DNA from: the human T2T-CHM13v2.0 reference genome, Homo sapiens
DNA length: 64,000 bases
Assembly: GCF_009914755.1 (NCBI RefSeq)
Contig: NC_060933.1
Strand: one strand, 5' to 3'
The notes under the pieces were generated by a model. The model was given only the letters and a program-made list of their open reading frames with translations. It had not been told where the DNA came from and ran no database searches. Made by a program: the position numbers and the translations under genes. Of this stretch, positions 11,984 through 26,900 are shown piece by piece. Each line of letters opens with the position of its first letter. Within the stretch, counting starts at the first letter, position 1.

Positions 11984-14900
11984 CCATTCCATTCCATTCC
12001 ACTCATTTTGATTCCACTCCTTTCCATTCCATTCGGTTTGAAGGCATTCCATTCCATTCCATTCCATTCCATTCCATTCCATTCCATTCCATTGTACTCG
12101 GGTTGATTCCATTCCATTGCATTCCATTCCATTCCATTCCATTCCATTCCGTTGCATTCCATTCCATTACATTCAGATTGATTCTATTCAACTCCCTTAC
12201 GCTCCATTACATTCCATTCCATTCGGGTTGTTCCATTCCATTCCATTCCATTCCACTCCATTCCATTGCACTCGGGTTGTTTCCATTCCATTCCATTCCA
12301 TTCCATTCCATTCCATTCCGGATGATTCCATTCCATTGCATTCCGTTCCATTACATTCCCCTGCACTCGCGTTGATTCCATTCCATTCCATTCAATTCCA
12401 TTCCATTACAATTCGTTCCATTCCATTCTATTCCGTATCATTTCATTCCATTCCATACCATTCCATTCCATTCCATTCCATTCCATTCCATTCCGTTCCA
12501 TTCCGTTCCATTGCATTCCATTCCATTCTATTCGGGTTAATTCCATTCCATTCCATTCTATTCCATTCCATTGCAATCGAGTTGAATCCATTGCATTTCA
12601 TTCCATTCCATTCCATTCCATTCCATTCCATTCCGGAGGATTCCATTCCATTGCATTCCATTCCATTCCATTCCCCTGCACTCGCGTTGAATCCATTCCA
12701 TTCCATTCCATTCCATTCCATTCCGTTCCGTTCCATTCCATTCTATTCGGGTTAATTCCATTCCATTCCATTCGATTGCAATAGAGTTGATTCCATTCCA
12801 TTCCATTCCATTCCATTCCATTCCATTCCATTCCATTCCATTCCTTTCCATTCCATTACGGATGATTCCATTCCATTGCATTCCATTCCATTCCATTCCC
12901 CTGTACTCGGGTTGATTCCATTCCATTCCATTCCAATCCATGCCATTCCACTCGTGTTGATTCCATTCTTTCCATTCCATTCAAGTTGAATCCATTCCAT
13001 TGCATTCAATTCCATTCGATTCCATTCGATTGCACTCGGGTTGATTCCATTCCATTCCATTCCATTCCATTCCATTCCATTCCGTTCCATTCCATTCCAT
13101 TACATTCGGATTGATTCTATTCAATTCCCTTACACTCCATTACATTCCATTCCATTCGGGTAGTTTCCACTCCATTCCATTCCATTCCTCTCCATTCCAT
13201 TGCACTCGGGTTGATTCCATTCCATTGCATTCCATTCCATTCCATTCAATTCCATTCCGTTCCATTCCATTCCATTACATTCGGATTGATTCTATTCAAC
13301 TCCCTTACTCTCCATTACATTCGATTCCATTCGGGTTGTTCCATTCCATTCCATTCCATTCTACTCCATTCCATTGCACTCGGGTTGATTCCTTTCCATT
13401 CCATTCCATTCCGGAAGATTCCATTCCATTACATTCCATTACATTCCATTCCCCTGCACTCGCGTTGATTCCATTCCATTCCATTCCATTCCATTCCATT
13501 CCATTCCTTTCCGTTCCATTCCATTCCATTCCATTCCATTCCATTCCGTTCCGTTCTGTTCCATTCCATTCCATTCCATTCTATTCGGGTTAATTGCATT
13601 CCATTCCATTCGATTGCAATCGAGTTGATTCCAATCCATTCCATTCCATACCATTCCATTCCATTCCATTCCATTCCATTCCATTCCATTCCGTTCCATT
13701 CCGTTCCATTCCATTCCATTCCATTCTATTCGGGTTAATTCCATTCCATTCCATTGCATTCCATTCTATTCCATTCCATTGCAATCGAGTTGAATCCATT
13801 GCATTTCATTCCATTCCATTCCATTCCATTCCGGAAGATTCCATTCCATTGCATTCCATTCCATTCCATTCCCTTGCACTCGCGTTGATTCCATTCCGTT
13901 CCATTCCATTCCATTCCATTCCATTCCGTCCCTTTCCGTTCCATTCCATTCCATTCTATTCGGGTTAATTCCATTCCATTCCATTCGATTGCAATCGTGT
14001 TGATTCCATTCCGTTCCATTCCATTCCATTCCATTCCATTCCATTCCATTCCTTTCCATTCCATTACGGATGATTCCATTCCATTGCATTCCATTCCATT
14101 CCATTCCCCTGTACTCGGGTTGATTCCATTCCATTGCATTCCAATCCATGCCCTTCCACTCGTGTTGATTCCATTCTTTCCATTCCATTCAAGTTGAATC
14201 CATTCCATTGCATTCCATTCCATTCGATTCCATTCGATTGCACTCGGGTTGATTCCATTCCATTGCATTCCATTCCATTCCATTCCATTCCATTCCATTC
14301 CGTTTCATTCCATTCCATTACATTCGGATTGATTCTATTCAATTCCCTTACACTCCATTACATTCCATTCCATTCGGGTAGTTTCCATTCCATTCCATTC
14401 CATTCCTCTCCATTCCATTGCACTCGGGTTGATTCCATTCCATTGCATTCCATTCCATTCCATTCCATTCCATTCCGTTCCATTCCATTCCATTACATTC
14501 GGATTGATTCTATTCAACTCCCTTACTCTCCATTACATTCCATTCCATTCGGGTTGTTCCATTCCATTCCATTCCATTCCACTCCATTGCATTGCACTCG
14601 GGTTGATTCCATTCCATTCCATTCCATTCCATTCCATTCCATTCCATTCCGGAAGATTCCATTCCATTGCATTCCATTCCATTACATTCCCCTGCACTCG
14701 CGTTGATTCCATTCCATTCCATTCCATTCCATTCCATTCCATTCCATTCCATTCCTTTCCTTTCCATTCCATTCCATTCCATTCCATTCCGTTCCGTTGC
14801 GTTCCATTCCATTCCATTCCATTCTATTCGGGTTAATTCCATTCCATTCCATTCGATTGCAATCGAGTTGATTGCATTCCATTCCATTCCATTCCATTCC

Positions 14901-17900
14901 ATTCCATTCCATTCCATTCCTTTCCATTCCATTACGGATGATTCCATTCCATTGCATTCCATTCCATTCCATTCCTCTGTACTCGGGTTGATTCCATTCC
15001 ATTCCATTCCAATCCATGCCATTCCACTCGTGTTGATTCCATTCTTTCCATTCCATTCAAGTTGAATCCATTCCATTGCATTCCATTCCATTCCATTCCC
15101 CTGCAGTCGGGTTGATTCCATTCCATTCCATTCCATTCCATTCCATTCCATTTCGTTCCGTTCCGTTCCATTGCATTCCATTCCTTTCTACTCGGGTTAA
15201 TTCCATTCCATTCCATTCCATTCCATTCCATTCCAATCGAGTTGATTCCATTCCATTCCATTCCATTCCATTCCATTCCACTCCATTCCAGTCCTTTCCA
15301 AACCATTCCACTCGGGTGGATTCCAATGTATTCCTTTCCATTCCATTCCATTCCATTGCAATCGAGTTGATTCCATTGCTTTGCATTCCATTCCATTCCA
15401 TTCCATTCCGGATGATTCCATTCCATTGCATTCCATTCCATTCCATTCCCCTGCACTCGGGTTGATTCCATTCCATTCCACTCCATTCCGTTCCATTCCA
15501 TTCCATTCCATTGTATTCGGGTTAATTCCATTCCATTCCATTCCATTCCATTCCATTACAATCGAGTTGATTCCATTCCATTCCATTCCATTCCAGTCCT
15601 TTCCATTCCATTCCACTCGGGTTGATTCCATTCTATTAGTTTCCATTCCATTCCATTCCCTTCCATTCCACTCTGGTTGATTCCACTCCTTTCCATTCCA
15701 CTCGAATACATTCCCTCCTATTCCACTCGGAACGATTCCATTCCATTCCATTCCATTCCATTCCATTCCATTCCATTCCATTCCATTTCATTCCATTGCA
15801 ATCCATTCCAATCCATTCCATTCCATTCCACTCGAGTTGATTTCATTCCATCTCTTTCCATTCCATTCCATTCCTTTCCATTCGAGTTGATTCCATTCCA
15901 TTCCATTCCATTGCATTCCATTCCATGCCATTCCACTCGGGTTGATTCCATTCCTTTGCATTCCATTCCATTCCATTCCATTCCATTCCATTCCATTCCA
16001 TTCCGTTGCATTCCATTCCATTACATTCCGATTGATTTCTATTCAACTCCCTTACTCTCCATTACATTCCATTCCATTCGGGTTGTTCTATTCCATTCCA
16101 TTCCATTCCACTCCATTCCATTGCACTCGGGTTGATTCCATTCCATTCCATTCCATTCCATTCCATTCCGGATGATTCCATTCCATTGCATTCCGTTCCA
16201 TTACATTCCCCTGCACTCGCGTTGATTCCATTCCATTCCATTCCATTCCATTCAATTCCATTCCATTACAATTCGTTCCATTCCATTCTATTCCGTACCA
16301 TTCCATTCCATTCCATACCATTCCATTCCATTCGATTCCATTCCGTTCCGTTCCATTCCGTTCCATTCCATTCCATTCCATTCTATTCGGGTTAATTCCA
16401 TTCCATTCCATTCAATTCCATTCCATTCTATTCCATTCCATTGCAGTCGAGTTGAATCCATTGCATTTCATTCCATTCCATTCCATTCCATTCCGGAAGA
16501 TTCCATTCCATTGCATTCCATTCCATTCCATTCCCCTGCACTGGCGTTGATTCCATTCCGTTACATTCCATTCCATTCCATTCCATTCCGTTCCGTTCCG
16601 TTCCGTTCCGTTCCATTCCATTCCATTCCATTCCGTTCCGTTCCATTCCATTCCATTCCATTCTATTCTGGTTAATTTCATTCCATTCCATTCGATTGCA
16701 ATCGTGTTGATTCCATTCCATTCCATTCCATTCCATTCCATTCCATTGCATTCCATTCCATTCCTTTCCATTCCATTACGGATGATTCCATTCCATTGCA
16801 TTCCATTCCATTCCATTCCCCTGTACTCGGGTTGATTCCATTCCATTGCATTCCAATCCATGCCCTTCCACTCGTGTTGATTCCATTCTTTCCATTCCAT
16901 TCAAGTTGAATCCATTCCATTGCATTCCATTCCATTCGATTCCATTCGATTGCTCTCGGGTTGATTCCATTCCATTGCATTCCATTGCATTCCATTCCAT
17001 TCCATTCCATTCCGTTCCATTCCATTCCATTACATTCGGATTGATTCTATTCAATTCCCTTACACTCCATTACATTCCATTCCATTTGGGTAGTTTCCAT
17101 TCCATTCCATTCCATTCCATTCCATTCCATTGTACTCGGGTTGATTCCATTCCATTGCATTCCATTCCATTCCATTCCATTCCATTCCGTTGCATTCCAT
17201 TCCATTACATTCGGATTGATTCTATTCAACTCCCTTACTCTCCATTCCATTCCATTCCATTCGGGTTGTTCCATTCCATTCCATTCCATTCCACTCCATT
17301 CCATTGCACTCGGGTTGATTCCATTCCATTCCATTCCATTCCATTCCATTCCATTCCATTCCGGAAGATTCCATTCCATTGCATTCCATTCCATTCCATT
17401 CCCCTGCACTCGCGTTGATTCCATTCCATTCCATTCCATTCCATTCCATTCCATTCCATTCCATTCCTTTCCATTCCATTCCATTCCATTCCATTCCGTT
17501 CCGTTCCGTTCCGTTCCATTCCATTCCATTCCATTCTATTCGGGTTAATTCCATTCCATTCCATTCGATTGCAATCGAGTTGATTCCATTCCATTCCATT
17601 CCATTCCATTCCATTCCATTCCATTCCATTCCTTTCCATTCCATTACGGATGATTCCATTCCATTGCATTCCATTCCATTCCATTCCCCTGTACTCGGGT
17701 TGATTCCATTCCATTCCATTCCAATCCATGCCATTCCACTCGTGTTGATTCCATTCTTTCCATTCCATTCAAGTTGAATCCATTCCATTGCATTCCATTC
17801 CATTCCATTCCCCTGCAGTCTGGTTGATTCCATTCCATTCGATTCCATTCCATTCCATTCCATTCCATTCCGTTCCGTTCCGTTCCACTGCATTCCATTC

Positions 17901-20900
17901 CTTTCTACTCGGGATAATTCCATTCCATTCCATTCCATTCCATTCCATTCCAATCGAGTTGATTCTATTCCATTCCATTCCATTCCATTCCATTCCATTC
18001 CAGTCCTTTCCATTCCATTCCACTCGGGTTGATTCCATTCTATTACTTTCCATTCCATTCCATTCCTTTCCATTCCACTCTGGTTGATTCCATTCCTTTC
18101 CATTCCACTCGAATACATTCCCTCCTATTCCACTCGGAACGGTTCCATTCCATTCCATTCCATTCCATTCCATTCCATTCCATTCCATTCCATTTCGTTC
18201 CATTCCATTCTATTCCGTATCCTTCCATTCCATTCCATTCCATTCCATTCCATTCCATTGTACTCGGGTTGATTCCACTCCATTGCATTCCATTCCATTC
18301 TATTCCATTCCATTCCGTTGCATTCCATTCCATTACATTCGGATTGATTCTATTCAACTCCCTTACTCTCCATTACATTGCATTCCATTCGGGTTGTTCC
18401 ATTCCATTCCATTCCATTCCACTCCATTCCATTGCACTCGTGTTGATTCCATTCCATTCCATTCCATTCCATTCCATTCCGGATGATTCCATTCCATTGC
18501 ATTCCGTTCCATTACATTCCCCTGCACTCGCGTTGATTCCATTCCATTCCATTCCATTCCATTCAATTCCATTCCATTACAATTCGTTCCATTCCATTCT
18601 ATTCCGTACCATTCCATTCCATTCCATACCATTCCATTCCACTCCATTCCATTCCATTCCGTTCCATTCCGTTCCATTCCATTCCATTCCATTCTATTCG
18701 GATTAATTCCATTCCCTTCCATTCCATTCCATTCTATTCCATTCCATTGCAATCGAGTTGAATCCATTGCATTTCATTCCATTCCATTCCATTCCATTCC
18801 ATTCCGGAATATTCCATTCCATTGCATTCCATTCCATTCCATTCCCCTGCACTCGCGTTGATTCCATTCCATTCCATTCCATTCCGTTCTGTTCCATTGC
18901 ATTCCATTCCATTCCATTCCGTTCTGTTCCATTCCATTCCATTCTATTCTATTCGGGTTAATTCCATTCCATTCCATTCGATTGCAATCGAGTTGATTCC
19001 ATTCCATTCCATTCCATTCCATTCCATTCCATTCCTTTCCATTCCATTACGGATGATTCCATTCCATTGCATTCCATTCCATTCCATTCCCCTGTACTCG
19101 GGTTGATTCCATTCCATTCCATTCCAATCCATGCCATTCCACTCGTGTTGTTTCCATTCTTTCCATTCCATTCAAGTTGATTCCATTCCATTGCATTCCA
19201 TTCCATTCGATTCCATTCGATTGCACTCGGGTTGATTCCATTCCATAGCATTCCATTCCATTCCATTCCATTCCATTCCATTCCATTCCATTCCATTCCA
19301 TTGCATTCGGATTGATTCTATTCAATTCCCTTACACTCCATTACATTCCATTCCATTCGGGTAGTTTCCACTCCATTCCATTCCATTCCTCTCCATTCCA
19401 TTGCACTCGGGTTGATTCCATTCCATTGCATTCCATTCCATTCCATTCAATTACATTCCGTTCCATTCCATTCCATTACATTCGGATTGATTCTATTCAA
19501 CTCCCTTACTCTCCATTACATTCCATTCCATTCGGGTTGTTCCATTCCATTCCATTCCATTCCACTCCATTCCATTGCACTCGGGTTTATTCCATTCCAT
19601 TCCATTCCATTCCATTCCATTCCATTCCAAAACATTCCATTCCATTGCATTCCATTCCATTCCATTCCCCTGCACTCGCGTTCATTCCATTCCATTCCAT
19701 TCCATTCCATTCCATTCCTTTCCGTTCCATTCCATTCCATTCCATTCCGTTCCGTTCCGTTCCGTTCCGTTCCGTTGCATTCCATTCCATTCCATTCCAT
19801 TCCATTCCATTCCGTTCCTTTCCGTTCCATTCCATTCCATTCCACTCTATTCGGGTTAATTCCATTCCATTCCATTCCATTCCATTCCATTCCAATCGAG
19901 TTGATTCCATTCCATTCCATTCCACTCCATTCCAGTCCTTTCCATTCCATTCCACTCGGGTTGATTCCAATGTATTCCTTTCCATTCCATTCCATTCCAT
20001 TGCAATCGAGTTGATTCCATTGCTTTGCATTCCATTCCATTCCATTCCATTCCGGATGATTCCATTCCATTGCATTCCATTCCATTCCATTCCCCTGCAC
20101 TCGGGTTGATTCCATTCCATTCCACTCCATTCCGTTCCATTCCATTCCATTCCATTCCATTGTATTCAGGTTAATTCCATTCCATTCCATTCCATTCCAT
20201 TCCATTCCATTCCATTACAATCGAGTTGATTCCATTCCATTCCATTCCATTCCATTCCATTCCATTCCAGTCCTTTCCATTCCATTCCACTCGGGTTGAT
20301 TCCATTCTATTAGTTTCCATTCCATTCCATTCCCTTCCATTCCACTCTGGTTGATTCCATTCCTTTCCATTCCACTCGAATACATTCCTTCCTGTTCCAC
20401 TCGGAACGATTCCATTCCATTCCATTCCATTCCATTCCATTCCATTCCATTCCATTCCATTTCGTTCCATTCCATTCTATTCCGTATCATTCCATTCCAT
20501 TCCATTCTATTCCATTCCATTCCTTTCCATTCCATTCGGTTTGAAGGCATTCCATTCCATTCCATTCCATTCCATTCCATTCCATTCCATTCCATTGTAC
20601 TCGGGTTGATTCCATTCCATTGCATTCCATTCCATTCCATTCCATTCCATTCCGTTGCATTCCATTCCATTACATTCAGATTGATTCTATTCAACTCCCT
20701 TACGCTCCATTACATTCCATTCCATTCGGGTTGTTCCATTCCATTCCATTCCATTCCACTCCATTCCATTGCACTCGGGTTGTTTCCATTCCATTCCATT
20801 CCATTCCATTCCATTCCATTCCGGATGATTCCATTCCATTGCATTCCGTTCCATTACATTCCCCTGCACTCGCGTTGATTCCATTCCATTCCATTCAATT

Positions 20901-22075
20901 CCATTCCATTACAATTCGTTCCATTCCATTCTATTCCGTACCATTCTATTCCATTCCAATCCATTCCATTCCATTCCATTCCATTCCATTCCGTTCCATT
21001 CCGTTCCATTGCATTCCATTCCATTCTATTCGGGTTAATTCCATTCCATTCCATTCTATTCCATTCCATTGCAATCGAGTTGAATCCATTGCATTTCATT
21101 CCATTCCATTCCATTCCATTCCATTCCATTCCGGAGGATTCCATTCCATTGCATTCCATTCCATTCCATTCCCCTACACTCGCGTTGAATCCATTCCATT
21201 CCATTCCATTCCATTCCATTCCGTTCCGTTCCATTCCATTCCATTCCATTCCATTCCGTTCCATTCCATTCCATTCCATTCCATTCTATTCGGGTTAATT
21301 CCATTCCATTCCATTCGATTGCAATCGAGTTGATTCCATTCCATTCCATTCCATTCCATTCCATTCCATTCCATTCCTTTCCATTCCATTACGGATGATT
21401 CCATTCCATTGCATTCCATTCCATTCCATTCCCCTGTACTCGGGTTGATTCCATTCCATTCCATTCCAATCCATGCCATTCCACTCGTGTTGATTCCATT
21501 CTTTCCATTCCATTCAAGTTGAATCCATTCCATTGCATTCAATTCCATTCGATTCCATTCGATTGCACTCGGGTTGATTCCATTCCATTCCATTCCATTC
21601 CATTCCATTCCATTCCGTTCCATTCCATTCCATTACATTCGGATTGATTCTATTCAATTCCCTTACACTCCATTACATTCCATTCCATTCGGGTATTTTC
21701 CACTCCATTCCATTCCATTCCTCTCCATTCCATTGCACTCGGGTTGATTCCATTCCATTGCATTCCATTCCATTCCATTCAATTCCATTCCGTTCCATTC
21801 CATTCCATTACATTCGGATTGATTCTATTCAACTCCCTTACTCTCCATTACATTCGATTCCATTCGGGTTGTTCCATTCCATTCCATTCCATTCTACCCC
21901 ATTCCATTGCACTCGGGTTGATTCCTTTCCATTCCATTCCATTCCGGAAGATTCCATTCCATTACATTCCATTACATTCCATTCCCCTGCACTCCCGTTG
22001 ATTCCTTTCCATTCCATTCCATTCCATTCCATTCCATTCCTTTCCGTTCCATTCCATTCCATTCCATTCCATTCC
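11984..22075 (+). repeat. Copy 2 of the ~11.97-kb-offset direct repeat
   Basis: Colinear with 1-10120 at offsets of 11958-11983. Colinearity ends near 22.07 kb, where the sequence follows the path seen at ~1.57 kb instead of the one at ~10.1 kb. Confidence 0.92.
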
Positions 22076-23999
22076 ATTCCATTCCATTCCGTTCCGTTCT
22101 GTTCCATTCCATTCCATTCCATTCTATTCGGGTTAATTGCATTCCATTCCATTCGATTGCAATCGAGTTGATTCCAATCCATTCCATTCCATACCATTCC
22201 ATTCCATTCCATTCCATTCCATTCCATTCCATTCCATTCCATTCCGTTCCATTCCGTTCCGTTCCATTCCATTCCATTCTATTCGGGTTAATTCCATTGC
22301 ATTCCATTGCATTCCATTCTATTCCTTTCCATTGCAATCGAGTTGAATCCATTGCATTTCATTCCATTCCATTCCATTCCATTCCGGAAGATTCCATTCC
22401 ATTGCATTCCATTCCATTCCATTCCCCTGCACTCGCGTTGATTCCATTCCGTTCCATTCCATTCCATTCCATTCCATTCCGTTCCTTTCCGTTCCATTCC
22501 ATTCCATTCTATTCGGGTTAATTCCATTCCATTCCATTCGATTGCAATCGTGTTGATTCCATTCCATTCCATTCCATTCCATTCCATTCCATTCCATTGC
22601 ATTCCTTTCCATTCCATTACGGATGATTCCATTCCATTGCATTCCATTCCATTCCATTCCCCTGTACTCGGGTTGATTCCATTCCATTGCATTCCAATCC
22701 ATGCCCTTCCACTCGTGTTGATTCCATTCTTTCCATTCCATTCAAGTTGAATCCATTCCATTGCATTCCATTCCATTCGATTCCATTCGATTGCACTCGG
22801 GTTGATTCCATTCCATTGCATTCCATTCCATTCCATTCCGTTTCATTCCATTCCATTACATTCGGATTGATTCTATTCAATTCCCTTACACTCCATTACA
22901 TTCCATTCCATTCGGGTAGTTTCCATTCCATTCCATTCCATTCCTCTCCATTCCATTGCACTCGGGTTGATTCCATTCCATTGCATTCCATTCCATTCCA
23001 TTCAATTCCATTGCGTTCCATTCCATTCCATTACATTCGGATTGATTCTATTCATCTCCCTTAGTCTCCATTACATTCCATTCCATTCGGGTTGTTCCAT
23101 TCCATTCCATTCCATTCCACTCCATTCCATTGCACTCGGGTTGATTCCATTCCATTCCATTCCATTCCATTCCATTCCATTCCGGAAGATTCCATTCCAT
23201 TGCATTCCATTCCATTACATTCCCCTGCACTCGCGTTGATTCCATTCCATTCCATTGCATTCCATTCCATTCCATTCCATTCCTTTCCATTCCATTCCAT
23301 TCCATTCCATTCCATTCCGTTCCGTTGCGTTCCATTCCATTCCATTCCATTCTATTCGTGTTAATTCCATTCCATTCCATTCGATTGCAATCGAGTTGAT
23401 TGCATTCCATTCCATTCCATTCCATTCCATTCCATTCCATTCCATTCCATTCCATTCCTTTCCATTCCATTACGGATGATTCCATTCCATTGCATTCCAT
23501 TCCATTCCATTCCCCTGTACTCGGGTTGATTCTATTCCATTCCATTCCAATCCATGCGATTCCACTCGTGTTGATTCCATTCTTTCCATTCCATTCAAGT
23601 TGAATCCATTCCATTGCATTCCATTCCATTCCATTCCCCTGCAGTCGGGTTGATTCCATTCCATTCCATTCCATTCCATTCCATTCCATTCCATTCCGTT
23701 CCGTTCCGTTCCATTGCATTCCATTCCTTTCTACTCGGGTTAATTCCATTCCATTCCATTCCATTCCATTCCATTCCAATCGAGTTGATTCCATTCCATT
23801 CCATTCCATTCCATTCCACTCCATTCCAGTCCTTTCCAAACCATTCCACTCGGGTTGATTCCAATGTATTCCTTTCCATTCCATTCCATTCCATTGCAAT
23901 CGAGTTGATTCCATTGCTTTGCATTCCATTCCATTCCATTCCATTCCAGATGATTCCATTCCATTGCATTCCATTCCATTCCATTGCATTCCATTCCAT

Positions 24000-26900
24000 T
24001 CCGTTTCATTCCATTCCATTACATTCGGATTGATTCTATTCAATTCCCTTACACTCCATTACATTCCATTCCATTCGGGTAGTTTCCATTCCATTCCATT
24101 CCATTCCTCTCCATTCCATTGCACTCGGGTTGATTCCATTCCTTTGCATTCCATTCCATTCCATTCAATTCCATTCCGTTGCATTCCATTCCATTACATT
24201 CGGATTGATTCTATTCAACTCCCTTACTCTCCATTACATTCCATTCCATTCGGGTTGTTCCATTCCATTCCATTCCATTCCACTCCATTCCATTGCACTC
24301 GTGTTGATTCCATTCCATTCCATTCCATTCCATTCCATTCCGGATGATTCCATTCCATTGCATTCCGTTCCATTACATTCCCCTGCACTCGCGTTGATTC
24401 CATTCCATTCCATTCAATTCCATTCCATTACAATTCGTTCCATTCCATTCTATTCCGTACCATTCCATTCCATTCCATACCATTCCATTCCACTGCATTC
24501 CATTCCATTCCGTTCCATTCCGTTCCATTCCATTCCATTCCATTCTATTCGGATTAATTCCATTCCATTCCATTCCATTCCATTCTATTCCATTCCATTG
24601 CAATCGAGTTGAATCCATTGCATTTCATTCCATTCCATTCCATTCCATTCCATTCCGGAATATTCCATTCCATTGCATTCCATTCCATTCCATTCCCCTA
24701 CACTCGCTTTGATTCCATTCCATTCCATTCCATTCCGTTCCGTTCCATTGCATTCCATTCCATTCCATTCCGTTCTGTTCCATTCCATTCCATTCTATTC
24801 TATTCGGGTTAATTCCATTCCATTCCATTCGTTTGCAATCGAGTTGATTCCATTCCATTCCATTCCATTCCATTCCATTCCATTCCTTTCCATTCCATTA
24901 CGGATGATTCCATTCCATTGCATTCCATTCCATTCCATTCCCCTGTACTCGGGTTGATTCCATTCCATTCCATTCCAATCCATGCCATTCCACTCGTGTT
25001 GTTTCCATTCTTTCCATTCCATTCAAGTTGATTCCATTCCATTGCATTCCATTCCATTCGATTCCATTCGATTGCACTCGGGTTGATTCCATTCCATAGC
25101 ATTCCATTACATTCCATTCCATTCCATTCCATTCCATTCCATTGCATTCGGATTGATTCTATTCAATTCCCTTACACTCCATTACATTCCATTCCATTCG
25201 GGTACTTTCCACTCCATTCCATTCCATTCCTCTCCATTCCATTGCACTCGGGTTCATTCCATTCCATTGCATTCCATTCCATTCCATTCAATTCCATTCC
25301 GTTCCATTCCATTCCATTACATTCGGATTGATTCTATTCAACTCCCTTACTCTCCATTACATTCGATTCCATTCGGGTTGTTCCATTCCATTCCATTCCA
25401 TTCTACTCCATTCCATTGCACTCGGGTTGATTCCTTTCCATTCCATTCCATTCCGGAAGATTCCATTCCATTACTTTCCATTACATTCCATTCCCCTGCA
25501 CTCGCGTTGATTCCATTCCATTCCATTCCATTCCATTCCTTTCCGTTCCATTCCATTCCATTCCAATCCATTCCATTCCATTCCATTCCGTTCCGTTCTG
25601 TTCCATTCCATTCCATTCCATTCTATTCGGGTTAATTGCATTCCATTCCATTCGATTGCAATCGAGTTGATTCCAATCCATTCCATTCCATACCATTCCA
25701 TTCCATTCCATTCCATTCCATTCCATTCCATTCCATTCCATTCCGTTCCATTCCGTTCCATTCCATTCCATTCCATTCTATTCGGGTTAATTCCATTCCA
25801 TTCCATTGCATTCCATTCTATTCCATTCCATTGCAATCGAGTTGAATCCATTGCATTTCATTCCATTCCATTCCATTCCATTCCGGAAGATTCCATTCCA
25901 TTGCATTCCATTCCATTCCATTCCCCTGCACTCGCGTTGATTCCATTCCGTTCCATTCCATTCCATTCCATTCCATTCCATTCCGTTCCTTTCCGTTCCA
26001 TTCCATTCCATTCTATTCGGGTTAATTCCATTCCATTCCATTCGATTGCAATCGTGTTGATTCCATTCCATTCCATTCCATTCCATTCCATTCCATTCCT
26101 TTCCATTCCATTACGGATGATTCCATTCCATTGCATTCCATTCCATTCCATTCCCCTGTACTCGGGTTGATTCCATTCCATTGCATTCCAATCCATGCCC
26201 TTCCACTCGTGTTGATTCCATTCTTTCCATTCCATTCAAGTTGAATCCATTCCATTGCATTCCATTCCATTCGATTCCATTCGATTGCACTCGGGTTGAT
26301 TCCATTCCATTGCATTCCATTCCATTCCATTCCATTCCATTCCATTCCGTTTCATTCCATTCCATTACATTCGGATTGATTCTATTCAATTCCCTTACAC
26401 TCCATTACATTCCATTCCATTCGGGTAGTTTCCATTCCATTCCATTCCATTCCTCTCCATTCCATTGCACTCGGGTTGATTCCATTCCATTGCATTCCAT
26501 TCCATTCCATTCAATTCCATTCCGTTCCATTCCTTTCCATTACATTCGGATTGATTCTATTCAACTCCCTTACTCTCCATTACATTCGATTCCATTCGGG
26601 TTGTTCCATTACATTCCATTCCATTCTACTCCATTCCATTGCACTCGGGTTGATTCCTTTCCATTCCATTCCATTCCGGAAGATTCCATTCCATTACATT
26701 CCATTACATTCCATTCCCCTGCACTCGCGTTGATTCCATTCCATTCCATTCCATTCCATTCCATTCCATTCCATTCCTTTCCGTTCCATTCCATTCCATT
26801 CCATTCCATTCCATTCCGTTCCGTTCTGTTCCATTCCATTCCATTCCATTCTATTCGGGTTAATTGCATTCCATTCCATTCGATTGCAATCGAGTTGATT

